Source of the DNA: Podarcis tiliguerta
Taxonomy: Eukaryota
Length of the DNA stretch: 64,000 nucleotides
Reading direction: 5' to 3' (one strand)
Assembly (NCBI GenBank): GCA_965153285.1
Contig: OZ229123.1
The notes under the pieces are model-generated. The model was given only the letters and a program-made list of their open reading frames with translations, searched no databases and was not told the origin of the DNA. A program made the translations under genes and the position numbers. Below, piece by piece: positions 1 through 14,317 of this stretch (the stretch's first letter is position 1; each line of letters opens with the position of its first letter).

Positions 1-215
1 CAAAACTGCACAAGCAAATTTACAACTTCCTGACTGTATGCATGTGAACTTCCTCAAAAGGGATTTTTTTAAAGTGTGCACACAGCTATCTACACGCATG
101 CCTTGTTGCTATTTAATGGCCATAACAGAAATTTGAAGAAGAAAAAATCAAAAGGCAGAGACAAACACAAAAGGGACCGCGTACTGCTATAACCGAAATT
201 GCTCCTCCCACTGAC

Positions 216-453
216 AGGCAGTGTGCTGTAGTGGTTAGAGCGTCAGATGAGGGCCTGTGAGACCAGTGTTCAAATCCCAACTCAGCCATAAAACTCACTG
301 GGCGACCAGTCACTGCCTCTCAGCCTAACATACTTAACAGGGTTGCTGTGACGACTGAATGAGGGGGAGAGCCATGCACGCCACACCTTCGCATTGCAGG
401 GGGCTGGACTAGATGGCCCTTGGGGCTCCCTTTCCAACTCTACAATTCTGTGA
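216..453 (+). mobile_element. Squam3-like SINE (216-390) directly followed by a CR1 3' tail (391-453)
   Basis: A-box tgctgtagtggttagag, B-box gttcaaatcc and CORE-like body, then gcattgcagggggctggactagatggccct...ccaactctacaattctgtga. Confidence 0.75.
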
Positions 454-3400
454 CAAATGAAAGAATTGCATAAAAAATACAAATTCAAATGCATGTGGGA
501 ATGGACTTACAGGGTAGTGAAAAGAACGGACATTGGTCAAGCAGGGTGAGTGCAGATGGAACAGAGTTCACCACTAGCATGCCTGGTAAAGTACTTTATT
601 ATCTGGAAGGGAATAGGAAGCTTTACAGCATCTGGAAACTCAATTTCGAGTAAGGACTCTGAACAAGCTCTTCCTTTCCAGAGCAGAGTACAACCAGATG
701 GATTGTTTGTGTTTTAACTCAGTGCAGTGTGACTTAAAAAAAGAAAAGAAAAACCTACACAAACACACGCATGCCGCTAACATTGCCATAATCTACAACA
801 ACTCAGAAGTGAAACGGGATGTGAAGAATATAGAGAACTCTGCAACCTTCAGGTGGGAAGTATAAAACCAGTAAAAGGCTTTTGGAGGTGGAAGGAGTAG
901 AGATTGATTTTTTTTTTTTCATTAGAGGAAAGGCTTGATCTTGCAGCGCATTAAGGGGGATTAATAGGCTATAATTCAGCTCCATTCGTGACATCCACTT
1001 CACCTAAACACCACATGCATTAGCAAAATATTACAGCCACCACACACCTAATGATCGCCTGCGAAAGAAAATATCACACACACAAAAACCCAGTAAGGGC
1101 CATTTATTACACTGCCTACAAGATGACAGAAACGAAGATTCAATGCGAAATTGTCTTCTCAGGAAACAGTCTGTGCACTGCAATCCAGCAGAATAGATTG
1201 CACAATGTGATACTGAACAAAGAATTCAGCAGAGAACGTGTCAGATGTCTTTTCTTTCTTTTTAAAGGAAGGAACCACAACATTGTACCCCTCAAACGAG
1301 CAAGAGCATCGGCAATGTCTGCTGTGAAATTCAGAAGCTCGGAATAAAATTCCCAGTGGTCGACACTCTGGCTTTCAAGTGTCCAATATAGCTTCTTCTC
1401 ACTCCTTTTCTGACTAGCAAAAGCTGAATGAAATTTGCAAAACACCCACCAGATTCCTTTAACTTGCATAATTTTTAAGCATCACATAATTCGGGTCATC
1501 TTAGTACAGATAGTCTTAATACAGATTAGTCTTTTAGCACAGAATATATAGAGCCCCGAGAGCATCTTCTTCCCATAAGGGCAAGGACCCAAGATAACAT
1601 CAGTGCTTTCCAAATGAAGATCCAACTGCAATTGCCACATAAGATCAGCATTGACTTTGAACTGAACAATGCTGGCAAGGATGTGTTTAATCCTCTCATC
1701 CCACACACAGTTCCCCCAATTTAAGTACGGTACATTCACACACACCTCGAAACTGCTGCCAGGCCCAATAACAGCTCTTTTGGAGCTATAAAAATAAAGA
1801 GTTATTGAGAAGTCCTAATGACTGTATAGCATCCCTATCTAGTCACCTAGAGGACAGCCTTGTGCACCACCAGGAGAGTGGTTATTTACAAGCCCCATAC
1901 AAAGTGTGACCCCCCCACACACACACTTGCCCCTAATGCTGAGCCATCTGTTGTACGCCCACATCACCAAATGGGCCATATAGGTTCAATAAGGGCTCTT
2001 ACTACAAGTCCAAACTCACAGCAGCATGGTTTGCTTATTCATAAACATCATGGTAGATTTCAGTTAGGCCATACAGCTGCAGGCAGAGAGAAGGCAAGCA
2101 TGGGACTGAAGAGAAAAGAAAATGTTAACCAGGTTTTAATTTAGTCAGGTTCTTTTGGTTATGCAATGGATTATGTAATAGCATGGACACAAGGAGACTG
2201 CAAGAGCTGGCTCATGCCCGTGGGCCAACCTGATTTTCCAAATGTTCAGCAATTCCACCTGTATGAGAAAAAGTTGAAACTGAGCTACCTGTGACCAGTT
2301 GACAAAAAGCAAGGTCTTCAGGAGCAGCATCCTTATCCAATGTCTCATATCTCCGTTTTCCAATCCCTTTGGAGAAATGGGGACCCTGTGCCTCTCTATG
2401 TTGCTTGACTGCTCCTCTCACCTTCCCTAACCACCGACCACACTGGCCGAAGAGGGTGGGAATAAGAGTCCAACGTCACAAGGATGGCCAAAACTACTGT
2501 CGTCATATTTTTTAACCCCTTTTCAACACCAGGTCCTACGACAGGTTACAACCATTTAAAATTCAGAAGTCAGTACCAGTTAAAGCAAATTATAGGGTGG
2601 ATCCTGAAAACACACATCTCAAGTGTCAAAGAGACACATCCTCAGCATTTGCTGAAAGCTGCATAAGGAAGCTGACATGTACAACTTTGGGGTGGGGGAA
2701 TTCCACAGCTTAGGAGCTGCCGCAGAGAAGACCCACTTGCAGGCCACGAACTTCTGGTGGCTATGTTCTTCTCCCTGTACTTAGGTAGCATGCTTCTGAA
2801 CGGCAGAGAATTGCAAGTGGCAAGAGCACTGCTGTGCTCATGCGGTTATTGGTTGGCCTCTATGAGAACAGAGTGCTGGACTAGATGGGTGTCTGGCTTG
2901 ATCCAGCAGGACTCTTGTCAGGTACAATGCACTCCAGAACAAAACAGCCTTGGGAATGAGACCAATCTCCACAGCAGATGAAAGTTTTAAGAGTGGAGGC
3001 CACAGGAACGCAGAAAAGGCCAAGGAACACATTAGTTCCTGTACTGTCACCACTCCTCCAGAAGTCGGGGAAAGACATCAAACTAGTCCAAATAATCAGA
3101 ATAGGTAAAAGGTGAAAAGGGTATGTTCTCCTTCCTGGGTTGAGCTACTCCAGGAAAAAATGGGCTTGCTTGTATTATTTATCTATCACATTTGTATTCT
3201 GTTCTTCCTCTAAGTGGTTTGCAAATTAACCACTAATTTCTCAACCCTGAGAGACTGAAGCTAGGAGAAGGCAATCAGCCCCAAACCAGCCAAACAAGCT
3301 TTATGACCAAGAAGAAATTTGAACCTAGGTGCCCCCAGTCTTAGTCCAGACTTATCCACTACAAACACAATGGTACTCAAATGCATATACACTCTAGACA

Positions 3401-3721
3401 ATAGTGTTTGGAAACTGGGTGCAAGTCAGCCCCAGCAAAGCGTACAGCTTCTCCATGTGTGTTTTTAGTTTGATCCAAAAACACACCCACTGGGCGTTTC
3501 CTAGAACATAGAAGTGTTGCAATGTTTTTTCCAGGATGGAGTCTACTCATCCTGCAGACTTTGCAAGGGAGTTGGTTCTATCAAGTCACAGCCTTTGTTG
3601 TGCCAATCCTTAATTAAATTGAGTATCGTTCCCAGGGTATGTTCCAGAGCCACGTGAAGCTACCACCTTGTTGAAGCTAAGCAGATCAGTGCCTGGATAG
3701 AAGAGTGCCTTGAAACATGTA

Positions 3722-3959
3722 CAGTGGTACCTCGGGTTACATACGCTTCAAGTTACATACACTTCAGGTTACAGAATCCTGTAAAAATAGGATTAACCCA
3801 GAAAATAGTGCTTCAGGTTAAGAACTTTGCTTCAGGATGAGAACAGAAATCGTGCTCCAGCAGCGCAGTGGCAGCAGGAGGCCCCATTAGCTAAAGTGGT
3901 GCTTCAGGTTAAGAACAGACCTCCGAAACAAATTAAGTACTTAACCCGAGGTACCACTG
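3722..3959. mobile_element. Tc1/mariner (Tigger-like) MITE, family A
   Basis: TIR CAGTGGTACCTCGGGTTA...TAACCCGAGGTACCACTG with TA on both sides. Confidence 0.92.
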
Positions 3960-4095
3960 TATACCGTTTTTGATTCCAGGACCAAAGGCTGGCAGGATAT
4001 AAAGACAAGTAATTATTCAAGAAGCACACTTAAGACGGATCCATTTGTTCTCAGCAGTTCAAATCATACCCCATAGGCCAGTGAAAGAGCATATA

Positions 4096-4326
4096 CAGTC
4101 ATACATCGCGTTGAAGTAGCTTCGGGTTAAGCATTTTCGGGTTGTGCGTTACTTCTGGGTTTCACCGCCTGCACATGTGCAGACGCTCAAAATGACATCA
4201 TGCGCATGCGCAGAAGCGGCAAATCATGACCTGCGCACACGCAGACGTGCGGACGCAGGTTGCATTCGCTTCAGGATGCGAACAGAGCTCCAGAACGGAT
4301 CCTGTTTGCATCCAGAGGTACACCTG
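4096..4326. mobile_element. Tigger-like MITE, family B (second copy 49845-50047)
   Basis: TA|CAGTC...GAGGTACACCTG|TA; internal gcatgcgcagaagc repeats shared with 49845-50047. Confidence 0.8.
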
Positions 4327-7300
4327 TACTCTGTACACAGTCAATCCTCAGGTTCAACACTTGGTTAAAGGATCTGAAAGACTTTCACCTGACAGTGGAG
4401 AACGACTGCTATTCAGAATTGACAACACTGGGATAGATGAACTAATGTTCTGACTCAGAACAAGGCAGCTTTAGGTGTGCTCAGGCTGCTTCCTCCCCCA
4501 TCCCCCCCGTTACTGATTCAGAGATGCTGCGCCAATCTGTCACCACATTAGGCAATTACAGGATGACTTAGTCTTTAGCAGGTCTGAACCAATTATCCAT
4601 GTAACTTTTCCATGGAGGCAAATCTGACAGGAAAGCTATTCCAGAGAAGATCCCACATTATTGTTATTTATTGAACTTGTTTGTTATTGGTGACATACAA
4701 AAGGTCTCTGAGCGACATACTACAATTTTTAGGAGCATAAGAATGGATGGTGGTAAGGTTAATAATAATAATAATAATAATAGCAGCGTGCAATTTGTTA
4801 AGAAAATCTACAAAAGTCCAGCAGCAGAACCAGAAACTAAAAACAGGCAAGCATTATCATCAAAGACTGAGAAAAGCTTTTAACTCGGAACCAAAATGAA
4901 GCCTCTTCCCTCGTTGCCACCCTCTGAACCTCTCAAAGGAAAGCCTCAGATAAAAAAACATTTTGCCACATGCATAAAGCTGAATGTGCACAAGTTAAAT
5001 GTGTGAAAGTTGCAGGATTATTGTATATGAATTGTCACTCAGTGTTGTCTGGTTGGCACAGACCCACAACAGGGCCTTCTCTGTGGTGGCTCCCTGCTTG
5101 TGGAGTGCCTTTCCTGGTAAGATGTGCCTGACCCCCCTCTCTATAACTTTCAGGTGGTGTTTAAAAACATTCCTGTCTGCCTGGGCATTTGAAGGCTGAA
5201 TGTATCTGTTCTAGGCACCTTTGAAACTATTGCCGAGAGAATATTGCTGTCAGATGTTTTAAACTTGCTAGTTCGTTTTAACTTTAATGCTTTAACAGCA
5301 TTGCATCTGCAACCTTAGGCTCATTAGGGAGGAAGGGCAGGGAATAAATTTAACAAATAAATTCTGTGCTAATTGAAGTTTATGGACAGTTTTCAAAGGA
5401 AAATCACGTTGTAGTTATCCGATCTATGAAAGCATAGATCAGCTAAGTTATCCCTGTTCAAATAGTGATTCCACTGTGAGGTGACCAGCAGGATAGTTCT
5501 TGAAGTACAAAGATTATTTACATACTTTGAATGCGCCGCAATGACTTAAAACATGTATCCAAAATTGAGGAGAAACTAAAGAAGATTAGTAAGGAAAGTT
5601 GCAAACTAGTTGCTTGTGCCATCTTATCTGCCAATCTAATGAGAAATTTAAGTCGATGGATCCCTGGAAAAAACAGTTACACAGAGAGAAATCAGTGCCA
5701 TACAGCATTTCCATATTTATATACCTAACAAGAACATTGGTGGAGAGAGAGGGAGAGGGAGAGGGAGAGAGAGCATGAAGAAGAAAAAAGACATTCAGCG
5801 GACACCAAGCATTGTGTCCAAATTGGGGCTATAATCTCCAACTTCCGAGTTTTTATCAATAGTCGCACCTCTCTTGGCTGCTAAGTAAACCTGAACTGAG
5901 CTTGTAAACACTTCCAGCATTAATAACAAGTTGATATGGGAATTCCGTTTCCTTTGATGACTTGTCAGAGCCAACAATAGAGCCTCAATAATACTGGCAC
6001 CAGCAGAACTCCTCCGTTCCGAGCCGTCATGTGGGAAAGCACTTCCCTTATTTGCTTAGCAATTGCGCTTATCCATTTTTTAAATTTAAAAGGCCAGAAC
6101 TGATAAAGACAGGTGAAGTTGAGAGTGCTCAAGCTGGCGGGTCTTCAAATGTTCAGATCTTGGGTCAGCGTTGCCCAGAATAGGTAGAGCAGCTGTTTTT
6201 CACTCCATACGTCTTTCTAAATAAAATTAATTTCTATTGTGGAGAAACCAGCCAATTCATGGACAGCAAACAGTAGACAGAAGACTACTGCCTAGCCTTA
6301 AGTTACATATATACCCTCATTTACTTAGTTCAACAGTTGGAAGAGGGTCTTTTCAGCAATTGGCTTCAATCCTCTAGAATTACCGTATTTTTTCCAGTCT
6401 ATAAGACTCCCCCATGTATAACATGCCCCCTAATTTCTGACATTATTTTTAAGGGGGGAAACCTAGTCATACACAGAAAAAAACAGCAATTCTCTAGGTA
6501 AGGGGTCGGCAAACTAAAGCCCAGGGGTCGGATCAGGCCCAATCACCTTCAGGATCTGGCCTGCAGACTGTCCGTGGATCGGCGTGAGGATTCTGCTCGT
6601 TCCGGCTGCGCCATTTCCCCCCCTGCGCCATTCCATTTCCCCACCCCTCGCACACACCCCAGCTACGCCTCCTCCCTCCCTCCTCCTGGCTTCTCCCCGC
6701 CCTGCCTAGAGGAAGAAGGGGGCTGGGCTGAGCTGGCTGAGCGCCATTTTAAGCAGTCCATCTCCATAGCCAGACCTTTCGCGCCGCTCATCTTCCCTCC
6801 ACCGCCACAGGTCAAAATGTGGCCTTCCAAAAAGTACTGCAATGTCTACTTTTTGGGGTGGCTTTGGGAAAGGAAGGGTCTTAAATACTATATTTTAAGG
6901 GTCTTAAATAGTATACTGATAAATATATTGTAATAGTTTGCTGTACAGGCATTCTATACGCAGTATTATCATGCAAACTGCCCTAATTGACAAGTGGTGA
7001 GAGGTTCAATTTAAAATATTTACAGATTGTTCCTCAGTCTACAGTTAAATAAGCCCTAGCTTTATACAATTGCAATATTATGTGTCAAAAGTCCATTATA
7101 AATAAATTAAATCTGCCAACATGGATTCATGCAAATAAATAGTCTGCACTGTGATACATATTTTACAATGCCTTGCCCCATTAGGTGGTATGCTGCCAGC
7201 ATTGCACCTACAACCATGCAAATTGGTCTAGGACCCTGGAGACGGGGATCTGCTGCACAAATAGTAATGGGTCTTCAGCCACCTCCGCTCTCACCCAATC

Positions 7301-7648
7301 CTGGACCACTACACACTTCTGTATATATGCATTTCAGAGAGGGGGGATTAAGACAGATAAAAATGCAGCTCTGAAAGGTCACAGAGCCGCGGAAAAGTCT
7401 CAGGAGGCCATCACCTTGGTGAAGCTAAGCAGGTCGGGAGCCAGTCAATGGCCAGATAAGTGACAGCCTGGAAACCACATGTACAGGATATAAATGCAAA
7501 AAAAAACCACGGTCCAGGTCCAGTCCCCACAGCATCGTCAGGCAGGGCTTGGAAAGATTTCTGCCTGCAGAGCTTCCGCCACTCCTTGCTGACAGCACTT
7601 AGCTACATGGTTTAATGTCCGACTCAACAGAAAGCAGCCCCCTGTGTT

Positions 7649-8085
7649 CAGTGCTGGATTTACATATAAGCTAAACAAGCTATAGCTTAGGGCCCCACTC
7701 TCTTGGGGGCCCCCCAAAAAATTAAAGGGAAAAAACTGGATGTACATTTCCAGATAAAATAAAATAAAACCTACATACAGCAACAGTGTTGTGTGTTGTG
7801 TAGGCTCCTATGATTTAAGTAATGGGCCCCGCCTGCTAGCCTGCTCCCTAAAATATCACTGGTTTGCTCATTTCTATATATAGGGTGCCTACATTCTGCT
7901 TGGACTGGTTGTATGGCAACATGTCAAATGGCTTTAGATACCTATTAGGTCCATAAATTACCATATAGCATATACTCAACACACACAAAAGCAACAATTT
8001 GTTGTTGACAAAAGACAGCTGGACATAGAAAGGGCCCTATTACCTTCAGTAGCTTAGGGCCTCATCAAACCTAAATCCGGCCTTG
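7649..8085. mobile_element. Non-autonomous hAT (Tip100-like) element
   Basis: TIR CAGTGCTGGATTTA / TAAATCCGGCCTTG; 8-bp TSD cctgtgtt / actgtgtt. Confidence 0.85.
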
Positions 8086-9707
8086 ACTGTGTTCCTAAGC
8101 ACAAGAACACACATATGAATTGAAACACGTCAAAAAAGATTAAGTAACAACACTCAGCTGTAATAGATGTTAATGGATGAGCAAATGCCTGTCATCTTAG
8201 AATGGGGTCTTTCAGAAAGTGCAAGACATGTTTGCAAAATTGGGTGGGAGAAATTTGCTAACATGTATGTGGAGAGCAAACACTGACCGTTACTGTTTTA
8301 TGTAAAATGACACTCTAAACTCAATGCTATGTTTATTCATTTATTTTTTCAGAGACTATTACATTTTATTTAATCAATAAAGAGGGGTAGAAAGTGCAAG
8401 AACTTCAGAGACCAAAAAAAAAGTGTCAACATGCAAACTTTTTTGCACATCTCCACTAACTTCTGTCAACTCTGCCCATGGCAGACTCCCCACCACTTCC
8501 TTCCTTGCTATACGTGCTTTAAGAGAGCAAACACGTGGCTCAGAAAGTGGTTTTTAAAAACCACAATCCAGTTCTACTCCTTGATATAAAAACACAAGCC
8601 CCTCTGAGCTATTTGGTGGAAGAGCAAGGCATTGCAAGTAAAAAGAGGCTTGCGTCCAGCTCACCTCTTTCATGCTTAGCTCTACCATTCTCCTCCTCTG
8701 TCTCTTATCAACAATACTCAAAGGAATGTAAGAAGCTGCTGTGCACCAAAGCAAACCCTTGATCCATCTTGCCTTCATTTGATCCATCTCCTACTTGGAG
8801 ATACTCTGAATTGAATGAGCATTGCACTATGTCCCTTCTTTATCTCTGCCGCTGGTGTAGACAGTACTGAGCTAGGTAGAACATTGGTCCAACTCTGTAA
8901 AAGGTGCCACCAGAAATCAGGTTCCAAGGTCTGGAGATGCTGTCTGAGGCCTTGAGAGACCTCGGAGATTGCATCGGGAGCCCTGCAGTGTGGGTGCTGA
9001 GCACCCACAACAAATAAATGTGGGTGCTCAGACACCCAGAGCCCCCTATTGTTGGCACCCCTTGCTGATGGGCAACACATGAAGATCTGCACTGATGATT
9101 CCAATGCATCCCAAATCATTATCATTGTGTAATTATACGATTACTGTGTAATCTCAGACGGTTGTATAATCTGTGGCTATCATGAAGGGACACTGCACTT
9201 CTGAATTTGCCACTAAGCAATCACTACTCTATTTTTTTCTAATGGAGCAATAGCTACCTGCAATTTTTTAAAATAATAATAATATTCCTATTATTAGGAT
9301 TTTGTGTTCCGGGCCAGCAGCTTTTTTTTTTTTTTAGTGTTATTCTATTTATTAAGATAATTCATTGTTTGACCATATTTAACCTGGTGCTTTGTGGAAT
9401 TGTTAGTTTCATTTATAACCCCTCCTCTCCAAGAAACTCAAGTGTAAGGAATAGGCTTCCCAAACGTTTACCAAACTCAGACCAACTTCATAACAAGATC
9501 CTTTCCAAATACAGATACCACTGCCTGAGACAACTGTTGAGGAAAATATGAAAAAAGCTAAGGAGGAAATAGACAGCTGCTTTGAGTCAAGAACACTGCC
9601 AAACGTTTCGGGCAAATAGACTTCACTACCCGGCTATAGATTTGCATTTCTCAACCTCTAATCATTCTGCCAGGATCTGTTTAGTTGAACTGAAGACAGG
9701 GTGGATA

Positions 9708-9765
9708 AAAATCTCTCACACATATACACACAGCACAAAATCTCTCACACATATACACACAGCAC
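9708..9765. repeat. Perfect 29-bp tandem duplication
   Basis: aaaatctctcacacatatacacacagcac x2. Confidence 0.95.
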
Positions 9766-10193
9766 ATACAACTTGGATTTAGCATCTGGTGCCCGATTTG
9801 CCACTTTCCATAGTACCCTCCTTAAATTCAGCTCCAGCCCCGACTAAAGTGACTGGTGGTATGTTTTGCTGCTTGTCTTCACTTGACCATGTCATATCAT
9901 AAAACTGGTATGAGCCCAGAAACCTACACCAATCCCTTTCAGGTTTATAATTGAGAAAGCTTGCTTCCGTTGCCCACACACATCCCTGGTCATTCAAGTT
10001 TCTTCCTCTTACAGTCTTCCACCTGTTACCACCTCCTCACACTGTTTAAATGTGGATCATCAAGTTTCTGGGGGCAGCAAACTACCCATTTTACATCTGT
10101 TATTCTTGAACATGGGCGTGTAGGCTGATGGTACCATGTAAGGAAGATATAAATCATCTCATTTGCTCTGTGCACCTTGTTCCTGTCGAACTA

Positions 10194-10539
10194 GCAAAGG
10201 TTCAAAGACTGTCTCAAGGCAAATCTAAAAAAATGTAGTATAAACAACAACTGGGAAACACTTGCCTGCAAGCGCTCCAATTGGAGAACAGCCTTTACAA
10301 AAGGTGCCATGGGCTTTGAAGACTCTGGAACTCAGGACGCAAGGGAGAAACGTGCTAAGAGGAAGGCACACTTGGCAAATCCACACCATGATCAACTCCC
10401 GCCCGGAAACCAATGTCCCCGCTGTGGAAGGACGTGTGGATCCAGAATTGGCCTCCACAGTCACTTACGGACTCATTGTTAGAACCGTGTTTATGGAAGA
10501 CAATCTTACTTGGCTATGAATGATCACCAAAGAAGAAGA
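10194..10539 (+). mobile_element. 3' end of a non-BovB RTE-clade LINE with a C-terminal C2H2-type zinc finger
   Basis: Reads RFKDCLKANLKKC...WETLACKRSNWR...CPRCGRTCGSRIGLHSHLRTHC* with one frameshift, then a short UTR and a (GAA)n tail. Confidence 0.8.
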
Positions 10540-13500
10540 CGTAGATACTTCAAGTGTCCACTTGGTGGGAGAAGGAAAGGAGGTTTATGGTTGCTTAAAC
10601 ACTTGTAGCTTGAAAGCACAATCTATTCAGTTTTTTTGCCAGTTTGAACATTTGTACTCAATCTGGCTAGTCACAGGAATGAATGCTAGACCCCATCCCT
10701 CCATCCCTGGAGATTTTATTCAGCCACCTTCTGACTTTCATGACTTTAGCCCATACATTTTCAAGCATATCACAATGACCAGCAATTTTTGTTTTTAAAA
10801 AAACAATTTGTTTTCAGGAAGGTAGTGCTATACACTCAGACCTAGCTAAAGGGCTGTTTCCTCCACTGGCATCCCATGTCCTACTTCAAACATGAGGCTT
10901 CATAGCCCCCAAAATTGTTTCTTTGAACAAGTGACTGAAGAGCTTATTCCACCAGCTTTCTGACACAAGAGAACTTCCAAGTGTGAATAGTAAACTAACG
11001 CCAGATAAAGCAACTGATTTATTCAACAGCCAACATCTTTTAAAAAGATAGATACTAAAAGACAGCAGCCACGGCATTCAAACAGGTGTGCCTGCTTACC
11101 ACAATCCTCCTGCGATTAGACTCTTCCTTTCTGTGACGGCACCAAAGGCTGTAAACAGAGATTACTGTGAAACTAGGCAGGTTTTCAATTCATTATTCAT
11201 CAATGGGTGGGTAAAGCTTTCACTTCCGGGAAGGAAGGATCCAAAAAAGTATAAAGCAGCTAGCAGAGAAAGGCAAAACTCTTCCCAAGTGAGGTTTAAT
11301 AAACCAGCGCAATGGATGACTAAGCAGTAGCAATGTGCAGGCTCCCAGAGTCCCCCTTATCCTGCCAAAAGTCTCTAATCCAGAGCAGGAAACAGTAAAA
11401 AAATACTTGGTCAGCTCCATCTAACTCCTTGCAGACGCTTTGTCATAATGAGAAACCGAATCGCAGCCATTTGCAGCATCCGAAAGAGAGGATGGATTGT
11501 TCAGAGAGGGAAATGAGCTACTCTAGAAAGATACAATCATCCTTTATAAAATAAGTTTTATTATTATTTATTGAGCAGTTTCAGAACGATAAAAAATGTT
11601 TCAGAAATTGTTTCAGAACAGTTTCAGAAGGATAAACCCATGTCATTCTAGAAAGGCAAGATACTTTTTTTTTTAAAGTGCACCAGACCACAAGACGCAA
11701 CTAGTTTTTGGAGGAGGAAAACAAGAAAAAAAATATTCTGAATCTCCGAAGCCAGAACAGCAAGAGGGATTGCTGCGCAGTGAAAGCAGCAATCCCTCTT
11801 GCTGTTCTGGCTTCTGTGATAGCTGCGCAGACTGCATTCACTCCATAAGACGCACACACATTTCCCCTTACTTTTCAGGAGGGAAAAAGTGAGTCTTATA
11901 GAGCAAAAAATACGGTACTTAGAGCAGTTCGGATGTCTAGGTATCAAATCTGTCCCTGGTAACCACCTTTTAAAGAAAGGTGCTATTCTTCAGATTTCAG
12001 TTCTATAGAACTCACATTTCTAGGCAAGCAATGATGTTGGTTTCCCAGGGAATTCTGATCTGGAAGTCCTTCCACTTCCCTAAAATAGATGGAGGCCTGT
12101 CTATCAGAATTGCAAGCCATTCACATGCTAAAACAGAAACATAACATTAAATTTACATGTTGTAAATAAATAAATAAGAAGTATTTCAGATAGCCAAAAG
12201 TAGTTGAATGGAAATATCATAAATTCGACAGACTGCATTTTATATGGTTTAAATGTCCTATTCAAAAGCTTTACTTGAAAATCTCTTCTATGAGAATACT
12301 TGTAGTAAATGCTTTCAGACAAGACAGCATGATAGCATGCACATCCCTTCCATTATTTAGATTTTAACGGGGGGGAGGGCACTGTGATACTTGGTTAACA
12401 CTTGAGTATACCTACAAACATTAGGGATAGTTGAAAAAAGGTCAGACAGCTATTGATTTCATGTCACGGGGGTTGCAAGAATGAACTAGGAGACAAGATT
12501 GAAAGAGCTATGCGAGGCAAACGTACCAGATTTCAAGTCCTTGCCTCCCATAGCTGTCAGCGTTTCCCTTTTTTTAAAGGAAATTACCTTATTCCGAATA
12601 GGATTCCTCGCAAGAAAAGGGAAAAGTAGACACCTATGCAAGAACTCCCCAGCTGGGAAGACAAATCTCCTGAAAGTCTGGAGATCCTTCACAGAGTTCA
12701 GTTGAATGTTGCCCAAGAAGCCACCATCGAAAAGGAAATTTGTGATTGTTATAGTTGCTGCAAATGGAGGTTGCCTGGCTGTGCAATGGGAATGTGGAAG
12801 CACAGTAGTAATAATTAACAGAGAGTCAGCTGGAAGTGACCTGCAGGCAGAACCTTGTGGACGTCAGGAACAGCCACCAGGCTCAAAACACTTTGGGCTC
12901 TCATGAGTCAGAGGAATCCAACCACAAAGCATAGCCCGGGTCTATTCAGTTCTTGCAGACAGATAAGCAAAGAGGGTTTGTTTGTTTTCAATGAAGACTC
13001 CTTGACAACTCGACCGCCAGGAACATTAGCTTCATTTTCTAGATTCAGGTCCTCAGGTTTACGTAGCAACCACCCAAGGTTTGCTTTCGCCCAGGTCTTT
13101 AATTATGAATCCTCTCTCCCAAGTCTGGCCTTCAGAGGGACAGGCAGAGGTCCTTACAGAATGCGTAGGTTAAGGCAGTAAGATAACAAGTTGAGCTGGT
13201 TTTTGACGCAAATCTGATACTTTGAGGGAACATTTACAAAAGGCCTAATAATAGCAACCATATTAATAGCAATACCTACTTGGCTCTTCCTGAATGGTTA
13301 CAAGAGCTTCATGTCTGGGTGATTTAAAAATCCCCAAGAAAGAAGGCTAATTGTGAAAATTTGATTTAAAATCAGCTTATTAAGATAAGTAGGGGGGGGG
13401 GGGCTCTTGGCAGTTCTCCAAATGTATGTTTGGGTTAAACATGGGTCCTGTATCAGAAAAGATTGAAGACTTCTGCCCTATGGTCATATCCACACCATAC

Positions 13501-13787
13501 ATTTAAAGAACTTCACTACCTGCAAAGAATCCTGGGAATTGTAGTTTGTGAAGGGTGTTTGGAATTGTAGCTCTGTGGGTAAGCTACCATTCCTAGGTAT
13601 TCTTTGGGGAAGCCATGTCTGTGATCAGTGCTTGAAGAGCCACTAAGCTAGGCCCCAGCCCACAAAGCCCCTGAAACCAGCATTGCTGAAGAATACTGAA
13701 CATCCTACAAATTGGACTTCTCACGTGGAGATCATTCTTCTGAAAGGCTCTTCCAGCAGAGAAATGCAAGGTTTGGTCACATTTTAG

Positions 13788-14317
13788 CAGTGTCTGAAAT
13801 TAGCCAGGCGCCAGGCGCATTTTGCAACCTGGCTTTCAACCACTTGCAACCAAGTGAAGATGCCTGGGTGCCAGGATGATGCCTGACGTCGCCACCATCT
13901 GGAGGTGCATACCTGGGGATCATTGGATCAGGACTGTTTTCACACCCTAATACCCCATCCTATCCGTTATATTTTATCTGCACAAACTGAATGAATTTCT
14001 GAAACCCAAATGCTTTTCCTGTGCAGCCTCAGCAGCAGCAGTCACCATTAAGAAAAAGAGGTCGGAATAGGCCAATATATATGTGGAATCTCCCTGGATC
14101 AAGCAAGTGGCTTTTCTTGTTCTCAAGTTCTTGACCTAACTCAAGGTTGCCACCTGAACTAGCCAGGTGTTTAACTGATAATCACAGTCAGTCCATCATT
14201 TGCAAAATAAGACTTTAGAGACCTTAGTGACAACTAGACATTCCATTTTAGTGACTGTAACTTTGGTTTAAAGAGCCATTTTGGCACCTAGCTTATATAT
14301 CTGAGTTTCTAACACTG
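13788..14317. mobile_element. Non-autonomous hAT element
   Basis: TIR CAGTGTCTGAAA / TTTCTAACACTG; perfect 8-bp TSD cattttag at 13780-13787 and 14318-14325. Confidence 0.85.

Noticed and set aside
5795-6230. Unique region with a 60-aa ORF as a coding exon
   Set aside because: In-frame stops lie upstream and no protein was recognised; it may be a non-coding conserved element, which cannot be tested here.
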